From the IMG/VR virus record IMGVR_UViG_2690316153_000021: a stretch of 31,066 nucleotides of DNA; one strand, 5' to 3'. The translations under genes were made by a program, and so were the position numbers. The notes under the pieces are model-generated. The model was not told the DNA's origin. It saw nothing but the letters and a program-made list of their open reading frames with translations, and made no database searches. Positions 26,241 through 31,066 of this stretch are shown here, in pieces (the first letter of the stretch is position 1; each line of letters starts with the position of its first letter). The stretch is from a virus (lineage: Duplodnaviria > Heunggongvirae > Uroviricota > Caudoviricetes).

Positions 26241-26516
26241 ATGAACAAAGAAAATGTCATTACCCTGGAAAATCCGGTCAAACGTGGTGAGCAGGTTATC
26301 GAACAGGTCACGCTGATGAAACCCAGTGCCGGGACGCTGCGCGGTGTCAGTCTGGCTGCGGTCGCAAACTCCGAAGTCGATGCACTGATTAAAGTGCTGC
26401 CGCGCATGACGGCACCGATGCTGACCGAGCAGGAAGTCGCCGCGCTGGAACTGCCTGACCTTGTGGCGCTGGCCGGTAAGGTGGTCGGTTTTTTGTCGCC
26501 GAACTCGGTGCAGTAA
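26241..26516 (+). CDS. E: Tail assembly chaperone E
   Basis: 91 aa, the P2 gpE length; sits immediately upstream of the tape measure gene; contains the slippery site for the E+E' frameshift. Confidence 0.85.
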   Translation: MNKENVITLENPVKRGEQVIEQVTLMKPSAGTLRGVSLAAVANSEVDALIKVLPRMTAPMLTEQEVAALELPDLVALAGKVVGFLSPNSVQ

Positions 26517-26668
26517 CGTTTCCGAAAAATCTCTCGGTCGATGACCTGATGGCGGATGTGGCAGTGATATTTCACTGGCCGCCATCAGAACTGTATCCCA
26601 TGAGCCTGACCGAACTCATCACATGGCGCGAAAGGGCGCTCCGGCGAAGCGGAAACACGAATGAGTAA
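26241..26668 (+). CDS. E': Tail assembly chaperone E+E' (-1 programmed frameshift product)
   Basis: Slippery heptamer T_TTT_TTG at 26489-26495 near the 3' end of E; the -1 frame is open from there to a TAA at 26666-26668 that overlaps the T start (ATGAGTAA). Predicted product about 142 aa, as for P2 E+E'. Confidence 0.65.
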
Positions 26669-29108
26669 CAATGTAAAATTACAGGTATTGCTCAGGGCTG
26701 TTGACCAGGCATCCCGCCCGTTTAAATCCATCCGCACAGCGAGCAAGTCGCTGTCGGGGGATATCCGGGAAACACAAAAATCACTGCGCGAGCTGAACGG
26801 TCAGGCATCCCGTATTGAGGGATTTCGCAAGACCAGTGCACAGCTCGCCGTGACTGGTCATGCACTTGAAAAGGCTCGACAGGAGGCCGAAGCCCTTGCC
26901 ACACAGTTTAAAAACACCGAACGTCCGACCCGTGCTCAGGCGAAAGTGCTGGAATCCGCAAAGCGTGCGGCGGAGGACTTACAGGCGAAATATAACCGCC
27001 TGACGGATTCCGTTAAACGCCAGCAGCGGGAACTGGCCGCTGTGGGAATTAATACCCGCAATCTTGCACATGATGAGCAGGGGCTGATAAACCGTATCAG
27101 TGAAACCACCGCACAACTTAACCGTCAGCGCGACGCACTGGCGCGTGTCAGTGCACAACAGGCAAAACTTAACGCAGTCAAACAGCGTTATCAGGCCGGA
27201 AAGGAACTGGCCGGAAATATGGCCTCAGTGGGCGCTGCCGGTGTGGGGATTGCTGCTGCGGGAACGATGGCCGGAGTTAAGTTGCTGATGCCCGGTTATG
27301 AGTTTGCGCAGAAAAACTCAGAATTGCAGGCCGTGCTAGGTGTGGCAAAAGACTCCGCCGAAATGACCGCACTACGCAAACAGGCGCGCCAGCTCGGCGA
27401 CAATACCGCCGCCTCGGCGGATGATGCGGCCGGTGCACAGATAATCATCGCGAAAGCGGGTGGGGATGTTGATGCCATTCAGGCGGCAACGCCGGTCACG
27501 CTGAATATGGCGCTGGCGAACCGCCGCACGATGGAAGAAAACGCCGCCCTGCTGATGGGGATGAAATCCGCCTTTCAGCTTTCAAACGATAAGGTCGCTC
27601 ATATCGGGGATGTTCTCTCCATGACGATGAACAAAACCGCCGCCGATTTTGACGGCATGAGCGATGCGCTGACCTATGCCGCACCTGTGGCAAAAAATGC
27701 CGGTGTCAGCATTGAAGAAACCGCCGCAATGGTCGGGGCGCTGCATGATGCAAAAATCACAGGCTCAATGGCGGGGACGGGAAGCCGTGCCGTGTTAAGC
27801 CGCCTGCAGGCACCGACGGGAAAAGCATGGGATGCACTCAAAGAGCTTGGAGTGAAAACCTCAGACAGCAAGGGAAACACCCGGCCAATATTTACCATTC
27901 TGAAAGAAATGCAGGCCAGTTTTGAGAAAAACCGGCTCGGTACTGCCCAGCAGGCTGAATACATGAAAACTATTTTCGGGGAGGAGGCCAGCTCAGCCGC
28001 CGCCGTGCTGATGACTGCCGCCTCAACCGGAAAGCTGGACAAACTGACCGCTGCGTTTAAAGCCTCAGACGGGAAGACTGCCGAGCTGGTAAATATCATG
28101 CAGGACAACCTCGGCGGTGACTTTAAGGAGTTTCAGTCCGCTTATGAGGCGGTGGGGACAGACCTGTTTGACCAGCAGGAAGGCGCACTGCGTAAGCTCA
28201 CGCAGACGGCCACAAAGTATGTGTTAAAACTCGACGGCTGGATCCAGAAAAACAAATCACTGGCGTCAACCATCGGCCTCATTGTCGGTGGCGCGCTGGC
28301 GCTTATTGGCATCATCGGTGCCATTGGTCTTGTAGCCTGGCCGGTTATCACTGGCATCAATGCCATCATCGCGGCAGCAGGCGCAATGGGGGCAGTCTTC
28401 ACGACGGTTGGCAGTGCTGTTATGACCGCCATCGGGGCGATTAGCTGGCCGGTTGTGGCCGTGGTGGCCGCCATTGTCGCCGGGGCGTTGCTTATCCGTA
28501 AATACTGGGAGCCTGTCAGCGCATTCTTTGGCGGTGTGGTGGAAGGGCTGAAAGCGGCATTTGCGCCGGTGGGGGAGCTGTTCTCGCCACTTAAGCCGGT
28601 GTTCGACTGGCTGGGCGAAAAGTTACAGGCCGCGTGGCAGTGGTTTAAAAACCTGATTGCCCCGGTCAAAGCCACTCAGGACACCCTGAACAGTTGCCGT
28701 GACACGGGGGTCATGTTCGGGCAGGCACTGGCTGACGCGCTGATGCTGCCGCTTAATGCGTTCAACAAACTGCGCAGCGGTATTGACTGGGTACTGGAAA
28801 AACTCGGTGTTATCAACAAAGAGTCAGACACACTTGACCAGACCGCCGCCAGAACTCAAGCCGCCACGTATGGCAGCGGTGGTTATATTCCGGCGACCAG
28901 CTCTTATGCAGGCTATCAGGCTTATCAGCCGGTCACGGCACCGGCTGGCCGCTCTTATGTGGACCAGAGTAAAAACGAATATCACATCAGCCTGACGGGG
29001 GGGACTGCGCCGGGGACACAGCTCGACCGCCAGTTACAGGATGCGCTCGAAAAATACGAGCGGGATAAACGTGCGCGCGCCCGTGCCAGCATGATGCATG
29101 ACGGTTAA
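26661..29108 (+). CDS. T: Tail tape measure protein
   Basis: 815 aa, the P2 gpT length; long alpha-helical N-terminal region, central hydrophobic/Gly-Ala-rich segment, typical of tape measure proteins. Confidence 0.9.
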   Translation: MSNNVKLQVLLRAVDQASRPFKSIRTASKSLSGDIRETQKSLRELNGQASRIEGFRKTSAQLAVTGHALEKARQEAEALATQFKNTERPTRAQAKVLESAKRAAEDLQAKYNRLTDSVKRQQRELAAVGINTRNLAHDEQGLINRISETTAQLNRQRDALARVSAQQAKLNAVKQRYQAGKELAGNMASVGAAGVGIAAAGTMAGVKLLMPGYEFAQKNSELQAVLGVAKDSAEMTALRKQARQLGDNTAASADDAAGAQIIIAKAGGDVDAIQAATPVTLNMALANRRTMEENAALLMGMKSAFQLSNDKVAHIGDVLSMTMNKTAADFDGMSDALTYAAPVAKNAGVSIEETAAMVGALHDAKITGSMAGTGSRAVLSRLQAPTGKAWDALKELGVKTSDSKGNTRPIFTILKEMQASFEKNRLGTAQQAEYMKTIFGEEASSAAAVLMTAASTGKLDKLTAAFKASDGKTAELVNIMQDNLGGDFKEFQSAYEAVGTDLFDQQEGALRKLTQTATKYVLKLDGWIQKNKSLASTIGLIVGGALALIGIIGAIGLVAWPVITGINAIIAAAGAMGAVFTTVGSAVMTAIGAISWPVVAVVAAIVAGALLIRKYWEPVSAFFGGVVEGLKAAFAPVGELFSPLKPVFDWLGEKLQAAWQWFKNLIAPVKATQDTLNSCRDTGVMFGQALADALMLPLNAFNKLRSGIDWVLEKLGVINKESDTLDQTAARTQAATYGSGGYIPATSSYAGYQAYQPVTAPAGRSYVDQSKNEYHISLTGGTAPGTQLDRQLQDALEKYERDKRARARASMMHDG

Positions 29109-29122
29109 GGAGGTGACGAAAA

Positions 29123-29602
29123 ATGATGCTCGCGTTAGGTATGTTTGTTTTTATGCGCCAGACGCTGCCACACCAGACCATGCAGCGTGAATCAGATTAT
29201 CGCTGGCCGTCAAATTCCCGTATCGGCAAACGGGATGCCTTTCAGTTTCTCGGTGTGGGTGAGGAAAACATCACGCTGGCCGGTGTGCTTTATCCCGAAC
29301 TGACCGGCGGCAAGCTGACGATGACCACGCTCAGGCTGATGGCAGAGGAAGGCCGGGCGTGGCCGTTGCTGGATGGCACCGGCATGATTTACGGCATGTA
29401 TGTCATCAGTAAGGTGAGTGAAACAGGGAGTATTTTCTTTGCAGACGGCACACCCCGAAAAATTGATTTTACGCTGTCGCTCACCCGCGTTGATGAATCA
29501 CTGGCCGCGCTTTATGGCGATATCGGTAAACAGGCGGAATCGCTCATCGGTAAGGCTGGCAATATGGCGACTAAATTCACGGGTATGACGGAGGCGGGAT
29601 AA
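29123..29602 (+). CDS. U: Tail protein U (tail tube terminator/initiator)
   Basis: 159 aa, the P2 gpU length; AAGGAGG SD. Confidence 0.88.
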   Translation: MMLALGMFVFMRQTLPHQTMQRESDYRWPSNSRIGKRDAFQFLGVGEENITLAGVLYPELTGGKLTMTTLRLMAEEGRAWPLLDGTGMIYGMYVISKVSETGSIFFADGTPRKIDFTLSLTRVDESLAALYGDIGKQAESLIGKAGNMATKFTGMTEAG

Positions 29603-30766
29603 TGCTGGATGCGCTGACATTTGATGCAGGCAGTACGCTGACGCCGGATTACATGCTGATGCTCGACAGCAAGGATATTACCGGCAATATCAGCGACCGT
29701 CTGATGAGCATGACCCTGACGGATAACCGGGGCTTTGAGGCTGACCAGCTTGATATTGAACTGAACGACGCCGACGGGCAGGTCGGGCTACCGATTCGTG
29801 GCGCTGTCCTGACGGTGTATATCGGCTGGAAAGGTTTTGCCCTGGTATGCAAAGGGAAATTTACCGTTGATGAGGTTGAACACCGGGGCGCGCCGGATGT
29901 GGTTACCATCCGCGCCCGGAGTGCAGATTTCCGCGGGACGCTCAATTCCCGCCGTGAAGGCTCCTGGCATGACACCACGCTCGGTGCGATTGTTGAGGCG
30001 ATAGCCTCCCGTAACAGGCTGGAAGCCAGTGTCGCTCCGTCACTGGCCGGAATTAAAATCCCGCACATCGACCAGTCGCAGGAGTCTGATGCGAAATTCC
30101 TGACCCGTCTTGCAGAACGCAACGGCGGTGAGGTGTCGGTAAAAATGGGAAAACTGTTGTTTCTCAAAGCGGGGGCAGGGGGTGACGGCCAGCGGTAAAA
30201 AAATCCCGCAGATTACCATCACCCGCAGCGACGGCGACCGTCATCATTTTGCGATTGCTGACCGTGGAGCCTATACCGGCGTAACGGCAAAGTGGCTTCA
30301 CACCAAAGACCCGAAGCCGCAAAAGCAGAAGGTAAAACTGAAACGCAAAAAGAAAGAAAAACACCTGCGCGCACTGGAGCACCCAAAAGCGAAACCGGTC
30401 AGGCAGAAGAAAGCGCCAAAAGTACCGGAAGCGCGCGAAGGTGAATATATGGCCGGTGAGGCTGACAATGTTTTTGCCCTGACCACGGTATATGCCACGA
30501 AAGCGCAGGCCATGCGCGCCGCTCAGGCGAAGTGGGATAAACTGCAACGGGGCGTTGCGGAGTTCTCCATCAGCCTGGCTACCGGTCGGGCAGATATTTA
30601 CACGGAAACACCGGTTAAAGTGTCAGGCTTTAAGCGCGTCATAGACGAGCAGGACTGGACAATCACTAAGGTGACACATTTTCTGAATAATAGCGGCTTC
30701 ACGACGTCCCTGGAGCTTGAGGTCAGGCTTTCTGATGTGGAGTACGAAACAGAAGATGATGAGTGA
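29602..30766 (+). pseudogene. D: Tail protein D (baseplate hub, late-control D protein) interrupted by a +1 frameshift
   Basis: Two adjacent ORFs (29602..30198, 198 aa; 30182..30766, 194 aa) together span 1165 nt, one more than the 1164 nt expected for P2 gpD (387 aa + stop). The frames switch within gcGGGGGcaGGGGGtg (30171-30182). Could be a genuine inactivating mutation or a homopolymer sequencing error. Confidence 0.75.
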
Positions 30767-30847
30767 TGTATTTATTTTATCTGTTTGTTTTATAAGGATA
30801 AATTAACTAAAATGGCACCATCAACAAAACCGGAAGAGGTGCTCGCG

Positions 30848-31066
30848 ATGTTTCATTGTCCTTTATGCCAGCATGCCGCACATGCGCGTACAAGTCGCTA
30901 TATCACTGACACGACAAAAGAGCGTTATCACCAGTGTCAGAACGTGAATTGCAGCGCCACGTTCATCACTTATGAGTCGGTACAGAGATACATCGTGAAG
31001 CCGGGAGAAGTCCACGCCGTGAGGCCGCACCCGTTGCCGTCAGGGCAGCAAATTATGTGGATGTAA
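30848..31066 (+). CDS. ogr: Ogr late-gene transcription activator (zinc finger)
   Basis: ORF track 30785..31066; ATG at 30848 gives 72 aa (MFHCPLCQHAAHARTSRYITDTTKERYHQCQNVNC...), the P2 Ogr length with its four-cysteine zinc-binding arrangement. Last gene before the prophage right end as in P2. Confidence 0.88.
   Translation: MFHCPLCQHAAHARTSRYITDTTKERYHQCQNVNCSATFITYESVQRYIVKPGEVHAVRPHPLPSGQQIMWM

Noticed and set aside
1-31066. CRISPR arrays, tRNA/rRNA genes, insertion sequences
   Set aside because: No regularly spaced direct repeats, no cloverleaf-like tRNA candidates noticed, and no transposase-like ORFs or terminal inverted repeats apart from the invertase-associated gix sites.

Overview
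The window is essentially one complete P2-like (Peduovirus-type) prophage, running from the stop codon of the integrase (position 1) to the stop codon of ogr (position 31066). Gene order and protein lengths match the P2 map almost gene for gene: int-C | cox-B-(small orfs)-A | accessory slot | cos | Q,P (leftward) | O,N,M,L,X | Y,K,lysA,lysB,lysC | R,S,V,W,J,I,H,G | FI,FII,E/E+E',T,U,D | ogr. All family assignments are by eye from the translations, with no database search run. Three places depart from canonical P2. (1) The slot between replication gene A and cos, where P2 carries tin/old, holds two AT-rich genes (7285-8058 and 8168-8950) for membrane-anchored proteins I cannot assign to any family; this is the strongest candidate for an undescribed anti-phage or superinfection-exclusion system. 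(2) Where P2 has Z/fun, between G and FI, there is a Gin/Pin-type DNA invertase plus an invertible tail-fibre cassette flanked by a perfect 14-bp inverted repeat (gix-like sites at 21853-21878 and 23729-23754), with a second silent fibre C-terminus and its own chaperone on the opposite strand. (3) Tail gene D is split by a +1 frameshift in a G-run near 30171-30182. No rRNA, tRNA or CRISPR array was seen.
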